From: Candidatus Dojkabacteria bacterium
GTDB lineage: Bacteria; Patescibacteriota; Dojkabacteria; GCA-002793355
Direction: 5' to 3'
Assembly: GCA_015489595.1 (NCBI GenBank)
Contig: WFZK01000010.1
Span: 1-57,471, forward strand
Length of the DNA: 57,471 bases
This document shows, one piece after another, positions 34,342 to 43,238 of this stretch (position 1 is its first letter; the number at the start of each line of letters is the position of its first letter). The translations under genes were made by a program, and so were the position numbers. A model generated the notes under the pieces. That model did not search any database. It was not told where the DNA came from and worked only from the letters and a program-made list of their open reading frames with translations.

Positions 34342-35103
34342 ATGTTAGGGAGATTGTTGAAAATTGTAGGGGCTTTGGTGGTGGTAGGTGCATGGAATAT
34401 TTTTGGTTTCCCCTCTGTAGCTGCACAGGAAAAATCGATGCCTCTGAAATTTGTGGTAGAGTATGAAGGCGAAGTTAGAGAGGGGCAAACTCTGAAAGTA
34501 TTGATCGGAGTGAAGAATACTTCTTCTGAGCCCGTAGAGTTAGATTCAGCTAGGTTATCTCTTACTATTTCTCCAGAGACGGCAAAGATGCTTAAGGTGA
34601 CGGCGAACACAGAGTTTTTTTGCGATTATCCTACAGACCCGCCTAATTATGTGTCTAACGTAGAGAAAGGGATCCTTATAATCACAGGGAAGGCGACTGG
34701 CACTAAGGATTGTCCTTATCCTAATCTTAAGCCAGGCGAAGTTAAACACATGGTAGAGATTATTCTTAGAGTTAAGAAAGCCCCTATAACTCTGCACTTC
34801 CTGTACGACGGAAGTGCGGAGGCAGGAGATGTAAGTTATGCTATGTTAAAGGGTAGCCCCCCTGTTTTTGCCTTGGCTCCTCCTGAGGATTTTGTTATTG
34901 CCGCAAAGAGTACTCCCACTGTTACAGAGGTTTCTTCTCCCCCCACTCCTAAAGTAGGCAAGCAAGTATACAAAGTCCCCACCACTGTAAGCCGTAAGGA
35001 ATTATTAGCAAGCTTAGCCTTAGGCTTTACTTTGATATTTATAGGTATTAAAATGGTAAAAAGGCGATCTAAAGTCGATGTGGTGATTCATGTTTCTGAT
35101 TAA
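34342..35103 (+). CDS. Secreted protein with signal peptide and C-terminal TM anchor plus basic tail
   Basis: Signal peptide ...FPSVAAQE. C-terminal LLASLALGFTLIFIGIKMVKRRSK. Confidence 0.5.
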   Translation: MLGRLLKIVGALVVVGAWNIFGFPSVAAQEKSMPLKFVVEYEGEVREGQTLKVLIGVKNTSSEPVELDSARLSLTISPETAKMLKVTANTEFFCDYPTDPPNYVSNVEKGILIITGKATGTKDCPYPNLKPGEVKHMVEIILRVKKAPITLHFLYDGSAEAGDVSYAMLKGSPPVFALAPPEDFVIAAKSTPTVTEVSSPPTPKVGKQVYKVPTTVSRKELLASLALGFTLIFIGIKMVKRRSKVDVVIHVSD

Positions 35104-36478
35104 ATTGGCGGTTTCGTTATTTATTGGCCTTTTAGTGGGTTTGGAAAGAGATGAAAGTTGGAAGAATAAAAAAAGGCCGTTAGAGTATTCTCCTTCTTCA
35201 AAGTTCACTTTTATTAGGAGAGATATTCCAGCTCGAGGCTTAGGAGGAGTTAGAACTTTTCTTTTACTTTCGTTACTCTCTTTTTTGTCAGGGATAGCTT
35301 TAAAAGGCGGCCTATGGCAATTATTTCTACTTATGGGAGGAGCTGTTGTTGGCCTTATAATGATCTCCTATCTTTTGAATTATTTTGACAAGAATACTTT
35401 CGGGCTGACTACAGAGTTAGGGATTTTCACTCTTGTGAGTCTAAATATTCTTTTAGCCCTAGATTATTTAGCGATACGAGAGGTGCTGCTGCTGGGGGCT
35501 CTTACTTCTTTGCTGTTGTCCTTTAGGACGGAGTTTAGGGCTGTGGTATCGGCTTTGAGTAGGCGTGAGATCAAGGAGATTTTAGAATTCGCGGTGGTAG
35601 TTTTTGTAATTCTTCCTTGGTTGCCTAACAAGGATATAACATTATCAGAGATTTTGGGTAACTATAAGACATTTTTTTCGCTGGGTCCCTTTGCTGAGAT
35701 TGTAGTAATTAATCCGTTTAAATTGTGGCTAGTCGTCGTATTTATCTCTGTCTTGAATTTCACAGGTTACTTCCTTGCTAAGCTTTTTGAATCTACAAAA
35801 AGCATGCTGTTATTAGGAATTATGGGAGGGTTAGTGTCAAGTACCACGATCACAGAATTGTTTGCTATGAAGCTTAGAGGAATTGCGGTAAAGTCGCGGT
35901 TGTTTAAGGAGTCTTTGGTGATAGTTTTGGTTGCTAACGCAGTGTCTTTTTTAAGAATTCCATTAGTAGTGTTAGGAGCTTCAGCCGGCAATCCCGTGAT
36001 TTTCCGCGAGATTGTAAAGATCTTGGCGTTGATGTTCGTCACGGGCGTCCTGCTGGCTTGGGCTATTTCTAAGCTCTTAAAGGACATCGGAACAGAGAGT
36101 CGGGAAGTAAGACAGATATTTATAAAGCTTTTTAAATCTCCTTTAGTGTTGTCTAATTCTTTGAAATTCGCCTTTGTATTCTTATTAATCTCTATAATTA
36201 CCCAAATAGGCAGAATCTTTGCCGGACAGATGGGGATCGTAGCTACGGTTTTGCTTTCTTCGTTCACGGGGATGGATGCTGTTTCAATAATTCTGGCGCG
36301 GGCAGGGGGTGTACTTATTACATACAAGATGGCGGCAGTTTTGTTGGTGGTGGCTACTGTAATGAACCTTTATGCGAAGGTCTTTTTAGCTATTTTGCTT
36401 AAGTCTTATTCTTTCGCGGCTAGATTACTTATTGCCTTTACCATAATGTCTTTACCTGCTATACTTTTAGTAGTTTAA
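35090..36478 (+). CDS. MgtC/SapB-like plus DUF4010-type membrane protein
   Basis: N-terminus LFIGLLVGLERD is typical of the MgtC family, followed by many TM segments. Confidence 0.6.
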   Translation: MFLIKLAVSLFIGLLVGLERDESWKNKKRPLEYSPSSKFTFIRRDIPARGLGGVRTFLLLSLLSFLSGIALKGGLWQLFLLMGGAVVGLIMISYLLNYFDKNTFGLTTELGIFTLVSLNILLALDYLAIREVLLLGALTSLLLSFRTEFRAVVSALSRREIKEILEFAVVVFVILPWLPNKDITLSEILGNYKTFFSLGPFAEIVVINPFKLWLVVVFISVLNFTGYFLAKLFESTKSMLLLGIMGGLVSSTTITELFAMKLRGIAVKSRLFKESLVIVLVANAVSFLRIPLVVLGASAGNPVIFREIVKILALMFVTGVLLAWAISKLLKDIGTESREVRQIFIKLFKSPLVLSNSLKFAFVFLLISIITQIGRIFAGQMGIVATVLLSSFTGMDAVSIILARAGGVLITYKMAAVLLVVATVMNLYAKVFLAILLKSYSFAARLLIAFTIMSLPAILLVV

Positions 36479-36494
36479 TATAGGACATTTTTAG

Positions 36495-37556
36495 ATGGGG
36501 AAAAGAGAAAATATAGTGAAGGTTGTAATTGATTATAGAAGTCTTTTTCATTTAGGTGGGGTTTTGATTGCACTTCTTCTGCTATATAAAACTTATAGGT
36601 TGGTCTTAGGACTATATATAGCTTTTATAATTGCTTCGGTAATAAAACCGTTGATAGACTGGCTCCAGCGTATAACGAAGTTTAAGATTAAGCGGGGGAT
36701 TTTGGCTACCCTAGTCTACGTTCTGATCTTTTTTGGTTTGATAGGTATTTTTACCTCTGTTGTGTCTGGATTTCTATCTCAACTGGTTGCCATGCTCCAA
36801 ATAGTTTCCTATGAAGATAAAATAGATCAGCTTCTTGAGCAGCTTAGGAGTTATCCTCTTTTGGAGAAAGCCTTAGCCGGCGTTGAGCCTGGAGCGGTTA
36901 GTTTGTATCTACAAGATCTTCTTTTAAGGACTGTAAGTCTTAGTAATACTCTCAAAGGAGCACAGAGCCTGGTCGGAGCGATTCCAGGCATTATTTATGT
37001 ATTTTTGGCTTCTTGGTATTTTGTAGTTGACAGAGACAACATCATTGAGAGTTTACTTCTCCCTTTGAGAGATACTCAAGCAACTCAGAGGCTAAGAGAG
37101 TTTATTACCGAGATAGAATTACAGCTAGGCAGATGGGCGGTAGCCCAGGCGTTTTTAATGCTGATTATCGGGGTAGTTACCTATATTGTTTTATTGATTC
37201 TGAGGGTTAGGTATGCCTTGGGGCTTGCGATTGTAGCAGGGTTATTAGAAATTGTACCCACGATAGGTCCTTTAATCTCCGTTATTCCTGCTTTGATTAT
37301 AGCAGCCCTTACTGGTGGCGTAGTGACGGCTGTTTTTGTTCTCGCTGCTTATTTTCTAATTCAGCAATTGGAGAACAGTCTTATTGTTCCTAAGGTAATG
37401 CAACATGCCGTAGGGATTCACCCGCTGGTAGTTATATTAGCTATAGCTGTGGGGCAGACGCTGGCAGGAGTAAGCGGAGCTTTGCTTGCCGTGCCAACTG
37501 TAGTAATAATAAGAATTGCTTTAGGCTTAAGGTCATTTTGGGATCCTAAGTCTTAG
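36495..37556 (+). CDS. AI-2E family transporter (PerM/YhhT-like)
   Basis: Eight-TM pattern and the conserved FLIQQLENSLIVPKVM segment. Confidence 0.8.
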   Translation: MGKRENIVKVVIDYRSLFHLGGVLIALLLLYKTYRLVLGLYIAFIIASVIKPLIDWLQRITKFKIKRGILATLVYVLIFFGLIGIFTSVVSGFLSQLVAMLQIVSYEDKIDQLLEQLRSYPLLEKALAGVEPGAVSLYLQDLLLRTVSLSNTLKGAQSLVGAIPGIIYVFLASWYFVVDRDNIIESLLLPLRDTQATQRLREFITEIELQLGRWAVAQAFLMLIIGVVTYIVLLILRVRYALGLAIVAGLLEIVPTIGPLISVIPALIIAALTGGVVTAVFVLAAYFLIQQLENSLIVPKVMQHAVGIHPLVVILAIAVGQTLAGVSGALLAVPTVVIIRIALGLRSFWDPKS

Positions 37557-37579
37557 CAGAAGTATTTGTAAGTTATTTG

Positions 37580-37620
37580 GGCGTAGGGCAAGTGTGGGAG
37601 CTTGCATTTTGTCTTACGCT
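37580..37620. repeat. Type-1 palindromic repeat, degenerate copy that pairs only if G.T(U) wobbles are allowed
   Basis: GGCGTAGGGCAAG... versus ...CATTTTGTCTTACGCT gives about 13 pairs, four of them G.T on the + strand. Confidence 0.6.
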
Positions 37621-37703
37621 CTAAGATAAGTTTCTTCTCCGTGGTAGTGGGGGTGCCTATCCGTGAGATCATTTAGAGCAGTAAGGAGAAGAGCAATTTT
37701 AAG

Positions 37704-37748
37704 GGGGACTTACGCAAAATCGACGTAGTCGATTTTGCGTAAGTCCCC
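37704..37748. repeat. Type-2 palindromic repeat (21 bp perfect stem, 3 nt loop)
   Basis: GGGGACTTACGCAAAATCGAC-gta-GTCGATTTTGCGTAAGTCCCC. Confidence 0.9.
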
Positions 37749-37755
37749 TTAAAGT

Positions 37756-37784
37756 TTGGCAGTATATTGTCAAAGTGCTAAAAT
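37756..37784 (+). promoter_or_regulatory. hrcA promoter TTGGCA, 17 nt, TAAAAT, overlapping a CIRCE-like inverted repeat (37756-37781)
   Basis: TTGGCAGTA-N8-AAGTGCTAA compared with the CIRCE consensus TTAGCACTC-N9-GAGTGCTAA. ATG 37790 lies 5 nt after the -10. Confidence 0.45.
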
Positions 37785-37789
37785 AATAT

Positions 37790-38569
37790 ATGGCCGCAGA
37801 GAAAAAGGAGATTGACCTTACTCCCAGACAGAAAAAAATTCTAGCTGCTTTAATAAAAGCTGTTATAGAGAGAGGAGAGGACATAAGCTCATTTGACCTA
37901 ATGAAGATAGAGAATTTTGATTTCAGTTCAGCTACCCTTCGGAATGAATTCCTGACACTCTCAAGAAGGGGTTTTCTTATAAAAACCCACTTTGCCTCCG
38001 GGCGTATTCCTACAATTAAGGCCCTCAGGTATTTCATCGAGCGTTTAATGGAAGAAAAAGCCCCCGATTTCTATGAGATGGTAGAGTTGAGTAATAGATT
38101 ATTCAAACAAAGGTTCGACCCACAACAGTTACTGCGCCTAGCCATGAAGGAGCTGTACTCTATGACTACAGCTCCGGTATTTATTTTGTATAACAATATT
38201 GTGCAGTTTTACAGGTTAAGTAGAATTTTACAGGGTAGAAAGAAGATTCAACACAAGCTAAGAGAGAGTTATTTAAATGGATTTGCTAAGCTTTTGGACA
38301 TTATTGAAGATCCTGAATTGTTTGGGTCGATTTTGGCGCGGGAGTTTACTCAGAGTGTTAGGGGGGTGGGAGTTTTCTCTGGGAGTAAGCTGGGGTGGAA
38401 AGAACTAGAGAGTTTCGTATTTGTGTACACCCCTTTTAGGCTATATCCAAGTAAAGATGAAATAGGTTATATTGGAGCATTAGGATATTTGAATCTTAAT
38501 TATCCGGTGGTGGTTCCAGCTGTTAGGGTTATAGGAGAGATGCTTTCTAACCTCTTGCGTGGCTGGTAA
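37790..38569 (+). CDS. hrcA: Heat-inducible transcription repressor HrcA (short form)
   Basis: N-terminal wHTH LTPRQKKILAALIKAVIERGEDISS...SSATLRNEFLTLSRRGFL...HFASGRIPT. Confidence 0.85.
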   Translation: MAAEKKEIDLTPRQKKILAALIKAVIERGEDISSFDLMKIENFDFSSATLRNEFLTLSRRGFLIKTHFASGRIPTIKALRYFIERLMEEKAPDFYEMVELSNRLFKQRFDPQQLLRLAMKELYSMTTAPVFILYNNIVQFYRLSRILQGRKKIQHKLRESYLNGFAKLLDIIEDPELFGSILAREFTQSVRGVGVFSGSKLGWKELESFVFVYTPFRLYPSKDEIGYIGALGYLNLNYPVVVPAVRVIGEMLSNLLRGW

Positions 38570-39303
38570 TGTTGAGGTCTATAGCCCGATTCGTAAAGGG
38601 GCTTTTGTCGAGTCCCGATAGGTGGGATTATTTTAAACTGTACAATTTTTTGCATACATATCAAAAAGTTGGCATTTTGCCCCGCCCTGCAGAGTTTCCC
38701 AAGCAATTATGGCTTAATTCTAGCTTTTGGTCGGAGGTTAAGAATATATTTGATCTTACATTTAAAGATGAGCACGAAAGAGAATTGAGCGTCTATTGGA
38801 TAGATGGAGATTTGGTGTTCACAAAACATATACGAGGAGAGCGTTCTTCTGTAACCGCTAAGCACAGTATAAAAGTGACCTACTCTCCAAAAGGCCGTAA
38901 TTATTATGAAAAGGTTGTCTACTTTAATGGAACTATTGTGTTCAAAAAACATATTGCTGCCTCTAAGGTTCCCAAGAAGATTGAGATCTCCAGAATGTTT
39001 TCTCTACATACCCATCCACCACACAAAAGTTACGGTTTAGATGGGGATGCTACCGTGTTTTATACTTTCTTTTCCCCTACAGATATTAATTCTTTATTAG
39101 CCTCTAAGGATTTGGCCAGCGGTCTTATAACGGATAAAGTGTATTTACTGTTTAAGACATCTTTGATAAAGTTAAGCAGGGTGGATCAACGGGAGAAGAT
39201 CACAATCAGAAAACTCCTTGATTGGGGATTTGTTCTGTATAAGTCAGAGTTTTCTGATAAGATTTTTAATCGAATTGAATTTGAAAATTATGTTGCCGCC
39301 TGA
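38569..39303 (+). CDS. Hypothetical protein, possible JAB/MPN-like metalloprotease motif with insertion
   Basis: HTHP followed 19 residues later by SPTD resembles HxH...SxxD, but the spacing is non-canonical. Confidence 0.35.
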   Translation: MLRSIARFVKGLLSSPDRWDYFKLYNFLHTYQKVGILPRPAEFPKQLWLNSSFWSEVKNIFDLTFKDEHERELSVYWIDGDLVFTKHIRGERSSVTAKHSIKVTYSPKGRNYYEKVVYFNGTIVFKKHIAASKVPKKIEISRMFSLHTHPPHKSYGLDGDATVFYTFFSPTDINSLLASKDLASGLITDKVYLLFKTSLIKLSRVDQREKITIRKLLDWGFVLYKSEFSDKIFNRIEFENYVAA

Positions 39304-40096
39304 ACTTGAAAAGTTTTTAAAACCTCGCTGGATTAAACAAGATGTTTTGTGCGTAGACAAACCTTTGGGATTAAGTAGCTTTGCTGTAGTAGAGTTAGTT
39401 AAAAGATATATTTCTAGAAAGGTGGGGCACGCAGGGACGCTAGATCCTTTGGCTCAGGGAGCCCTTATTTTGCTATTAGGGTCCGCGACTTCTCTTGTGG
39501 AGCTTTATCAGCGTCAGGACAAAGTGTATGAGGTTAGCATTCTTTTGGGGGCCCGAACCAAGAGTTTTGATCTAGAGCAGCCTCTTGAGGATTTTTCTCA
39601 ATGTGAGGGGCTCGAGCTCGAGAAAATAAAAGAGGCTTTCGACTCTATGCTAGGTGAGCATGAGTATGCAGTGATGGGGTTTAGCGCCCTTAAACTACGG
39701 GGAAAGCGGCTTTATAAAAGTGATGGAACATACAAGGTCAAGAAAATGACATTAAATGAGTATGAGTTAAATGGATTAAATAGGCTAGAAGCGGTGGAAC
39801 TGTCTAGACTAGTTGGACAGAAGCTGGAAGAGATTAAAGCTAACTTTGACGCCTTTACACATTTTGTGGACAGATTGAGTAATAAACTGAGGCACCTTGA
39901 ACAAAACTTAATAAATGTGTTCGAGCACAATCTTGAAATACTTTCCAAGCACAAAGATATGAGTTTTTATTTGGCACGTGTAACAATGAATGTGGGGAAG
40001 GGAACTTATGTAAGAAGTTTGGTGGAGCGAATGTCTTATTTTGTGGGATGTCCAGCTGTTGCCGTTGACATATACAGGCGGTGTTTATACAATTAG
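39290..40096 (+). CDS. truB: tRNA pseudouridine-55 synthase TruB
   Basis: LCVDKPLGLSSFAVV...GHAGTLDPLAQGALILLLG with the catalytic Asp. The internal ATG at 39290 is preferred over the ORF-track start 39218. Confidence 0.85.
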   Translation: MLPPELEKFLKPRWIKQDVLCVDKPLGLSSFAVVELVKRYISRKVGHAGTLDPLAQGALILLLGSATSLVELYQRQDKVYEVSILLGARTKSFDLEQPLEDFSQCEGLELEKIKEAFDSMLGEHEYAVMGFSALKLRGKRLYKSDGTYKVKKMTLNEYELNGLNRLEAVELSRLVGQKLEEIKANFDAFTHFVDRLSNKLRHLEQNLINVFEHNLEILSKHKDMSFYLARVTMNVGKGTYVRSLVERMSYFVGCPAVAVDIYRRCLYN

Positions 40097-40102
40097 TACA
40101 CT

Positions 40103-41425
40103 ATGAAAAGGGCGCTTACTTCGCAAATTCCTGACAAAATAGGCCAGCAGGTGTACCTAAAGGGCTGGATTTATAGAGTGAGAGATCTCGGGAAAATAGC
40201 CTTCGTTTTACTTAGAGACAGGGGTGGCGTTGTTCAGCTAGTGTTAGAGAAGCCTGATCTTATTAAACAGGTGAGGGATTTGCATCCTGGATCTGTAATT
40301 TATGTTGAGGGTAAAGCTGTACAGGCTCCCAATACGGAACTGGGTGCAGAGGTCCATGTAGAGAAGCTTGAGGTGGTAGTCCCTATTAGGGAAGCACCTC
40401 CTATTAAATATTACGAGAAAGATCTTAATGTCCATCTTGATACTGAGCTGGATTACAGGCCTCTCTCTATAAGGAATCTTAAAAAGATTTTTATCTTTAA
40501 GGTGCAGGCTTTTATTCTAGAGGCTTTCAGAGAAGCGCTGCGGAAGCGTGATTTCGTTGAGTTCAGGGCTCCTATACTTATGCCGGTTCCTTCTGAAAGC
40601 GGTGCAGATGTTTTTGAAGTAAATTTCTTTGACAAGAGAACAATATATCTTGCACAAAGCCCTCAGTTCTACAAACAGATCATGTTGGGAGCCTTTGAGA
40701 GGGTTTTTACAGTCACCCCTGTTTTTAGGGCTGAGAAGCACAATACCACGAGACACCTTCTGGAGATTACTCAGATGGATGCGGAGATGGCTTTTATTGA
40801 TTCCTATCATGATGCAATGGATATTGCAGAAGAGGTAATTCGCGAGGTGATGGAGGGGATAAAGGCAAAGTTTAGTGCGGATTTTAAGAGATACGGCTTT
40901 GAGCTTCCACTCCTTCCAAAAGGTAAATTCCCTAAGCTTAAGATTAAAGAGATTTTAAGGATCATAGAGAAACAAACCGGCAAGTCCGCTAAAAGGCCTG
41001 AACTGGATTTAGATCCTGAAGACGAGAGGCTTATCGGAGAGTATGTTAGGAAAAAGTTCAACTCAGATTTTTTGTGGGCAATTAACTTTAAGAAGGATAA
41101 GAACCTCTACACTTGGAACGATCCAGAGAATCCTTATGAATCATTAAGCTATGATATGCTTTTTAGAGGTCTTGAAGTCCTTTCTGGAACCCAAAGAATT
41201 CACCTGCACGATAAGCTTCTTGAAAATATTAAAAAAGCTGGAATGAATGTCGATAACTACAGACATTATCTGATGGCTTTTCGATATGGTATGCCACCAG
41301 AGGCGGGGTGGTCGTTTGGGCTTGAGAGATTAACTAAACAACTTTTCGGTTTGAAGAATATCCGTGAGGCTACTTTATTCCCTGCAGACCTAAAAAGGAT
41401 AGCAGCTCAGAGGTTGGCGGATTGA
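40103..41425 (+). CDS. aspS: Aspartate--tRNA ligase, archaeal/eukaryal type (AsnRS not excluded)
   Basis: N-terminal OB fold, class IIb motifs FRAEKHNTTRHLLEITQMDAEMAF and GMPPEAGWSFGLERL, 440 aa. Confidence 0.75.
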   Translation: MKRALTSQIPDKIGQQVYLKGWIYRVRDLGKIAFVLLRDRGGVVQLVLEKPDLIKQVRDLHPGSVIYVEGKAVQAPNTELGAEVHVEKLEVVVPIREAPPIKYYEKDLNVHLDTELDYRPLSIRNLKKIFIFKVQAFILEAFREALRKRDFVEFRAPILMPVPSESGADVFEVNFFDKRTIYLAQSPQFYKQIMLGAFERVFTVTPVFRAEKHNTTRHLLEITQMDAEMAFIDSYHDAMDIAEEVIREVMEGIKAKFSADFKRYGFELPLLPKGKFPKLKIKEILRIIEKQTGKSAKRPELDLDPEDERLIGEYVRKKFNSDFLWAINFKKDKNLYTWNDPENPYESLSYDMLFRGLEVLSGTQRIHLHDKLLENIKKAGMNVDNYRHYLMAFRYGMPPEAGWSFGLERLTKQLFGLKNIREATLFPADLKRIAAQRLAD

Positions 41426-43131
41426 GATTCAAGGGGATTTCTAGAAAAGATTTGATCTACCTTAATCTCGATGTTCCCATCGTAAGATGAAAACCTAGGT
41501 GTTCCAAGTATGTATACGCTGTCGTTAACGTCGAGGTTAAAGGCAGGCTCGAGGTTGTTCCATAAGGATGCTTTTATCTGTCCTTCTAATAGGAGAAAAG
41601 TATGTTTGAAATTCTTGTCTGTGTAAAGATCTCTAATTTTTCCGTAGATTAAAATTCTAGGGGAGGGATAGCCAGCCCCAAACGGTTTAAGGGTTTCTAT
41701 ACTTTCGACCAATTCACGATTGATCTCCTTAGCAGATGTGATGTAGTCTAATTGTACTATACTTTTTGGACGGGGGTTCTTGTTATGCGCGTTTAATTTC
41801 CCTACTTGTTCTTGGATTCTTTGAATCAATGTCTGGGGATCGGTAGACAGTGTGAATCCTGCGGCCTGGGCATGACCTCCTACATTTGTGAATTGCTCCT
41901 TGATGCTTTTGAGAAATTCAGTTATATGAAACTCTTCTGGGCTGCGGGCAGAGCCTTTCCACTTGTTTGTATTTGAGCGAGTGAGTACGAGTGCAGGAAT
42001 CTTAAGTCTTTTCACTAGATGGCTTGCTATGAGTCCGATTACCCCCTCTTCCCATTCAGGGTGGTACGCTACAGCTATCTGATCTGAGACTATATGCAGC
42101 CTTTCTATGGCTTGTTGCACTCCATCTTTGGTCATTTTTTGTCTTTCTTGGTTTAGAGCATCGAGTTTGCTAGCTATAGCTCTAGCAAATTCTTTTTTTT
42201 GGGTACTTAAAAGTCTTAAGGCATCCATAGGATCTTTGAGTCTGCCAGCAGCATTAAGGCGAGGTCCTAAGATAAATCCTAAATCATACACGGTGGGGGG
42301 ATTTATTTTAGGATTTACGCCTTTTGCCACCTCATAGAGAGCCTCAAGACCTATGTTTGGTTCGGTTGAAAGTTTTTTAAGAGCTTCTTTGACTAAGAGT
42401 CTATTTTCTCCTAGTAAAGGCATAACGTCGGTGATAATCGAGAGCCCTATCCTGTCAACGTAGTGGTTCACAACATCTTTTAAGGTTGCTACTCCTAGGT
42501 ATTCCGCAAGTCCTGTTATAAACTTAGCAGCGATATTTGTCCCTGAGGTAGGGAAAGGGAACTTGGGTTGAGCTAATTCAGGATGGATGGTTACTGCATC
42601 TGGCAACGTCGCGGGGATTTCATGATGATCTGTGACTATAAAATCAAGTCCCTGTTTTTCCCAGGTTTTAATTAAGCCTGAGGAGGTAATTCCGCAGTCT
42701 ACCGTAATTACAAGTTTAACTCCACCTTGCTTTAACTTTTTTAGGGCAGAGTCGTTGAGACCATACCCTTCTTCCCAACGAGAAGGAATATATACTACTA
42801 CGTTTTTGTAGTTTAGTTTACGCCAGAGAAAGTCCCACACAATCGAGATAGCAAGGACCCCGTCAGCATCGTAGTCTCCGTAAATTGCAATTTTACTGTC
42901 GGCCTTGAGATGTTTTCTTACGAGTGTAAGTGCCTTTTTTATATTTTTAAAACTGTCGTACTTTATATATGAGCTCGGAGTGAGTTTTTTCTCTAGGTCT
43001 TTCTTACTTCGTATCCCCCGGTTGTATAGTATAGAAACAGCGACTTCATGAGGGAAAAGACCCCCAAGTTCCTTCCGTACTTTTTTAGGGATAGTAGGAG
43101 GCTTAAGATACTGGACGTTTTCTTCTATCAT
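41407..43131 (-). CDS. recJ: Single-stranded-DNA-specific exonuclease RecJ
   Basis: DHH motifs GDYDADGV, VDCG, VTDHH and the DHHA1 motif GGHAQAAG. Confidence 0.9.
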   Translation of the reverse strand: MIEENVQYLKPPTIPKKVRKELGGLFPHEVAVSILYNRGIRSKKDLEKKLTPSSYIKYDSFKNIKKALTLVRKHLKADSKIAIYGDYDADGVLAISIVWDFLWRKLNYKNVVVYIPSRWEEGYGLNDSALKKLKQGGVKLVITVDCGITSSGLIKTWEKQGLDFIVTDHHEIPATLPDAVTIHPELAQPKFPFPTSGTNIAAKFITGLAEYLGVATLKDVVNHYVDRIGLSIITDVMPLLGENRLLVKEALKKLSTEPNIGLEALYEVAKGVNPKINPPTVYDLGFILGPRLNAAGRLKDPMDALRLLSTQKKEFARAIASKLDALNQERQKMTKDGVQQAIERLHIVSDQIAVAYHPEWEEGVIGLIASHLVKRLKIPALVLTRSNTNKWKGSARSPEEFHITEFLKSIKEQFTNVGGHAQAAGFTLSTDPQTLIQRIQEQVGKLNAHNKNPRPKSIVQLDYITSAKEINRELVESIETLKPFGAGYPSPRILIYGKIRDLYTDKNFKHTFLLLEGQIKASLWNNLEPAFNLDVNDSVYILGTPRFSSYDGNIEIKVDQIFSRNPLESQSANL

Positions 43132-43141
43132 TGAAAATCAA

Positions 43142-43215
43142 TCGGGGTGGCGGGACTCGAACCCGCGACCTCACGCACCCCATGCGTGCGCTCTAGCCAA
43201 CTGAGCCACACCCCG
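43142..43215 (-). tRNA. tRNA-Pro (anticodon GGG)
   Basis: Manual cloverleaf: acceptor CGGGGTG/CACCCCG, D arm GCTC...GAGC, anticodon stem CACGC/GCGTG with loop ATGGGGT, T arm GCGGG-TTCGAGT-CCCGC. CCA is not encoded. Confidence 0.85.
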
Positions 43216-43238
43216 CAATGTTGTATTATACAAATAAC

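Noticed and set aside
35767-36327. 186 aa antisense ORF inside the MgtC/DUF4010 gene, plus similar antisense ORFs (1229-1594, 5055-5477, 14495-14797, 18600-18923, 40807-41061 and others)
   Set aside because: Each lies fully inside a well-supported gene on the other strand, shows no motif, and has the skewed composition typical of antisense frames.
38672-38687. GCATTTTGCCCCGCCC, a right-arm-like half copy of the type-1 palindrome, inside CDS 38569-39303
   Set aside because: There is no complementary left arm within 100 nt, and the frame stays open with no alternative downstream Met. I treat it as a chance or relic half-site rather than a repeat copy. It does slightly lower confidence in that gene's N-terminus.
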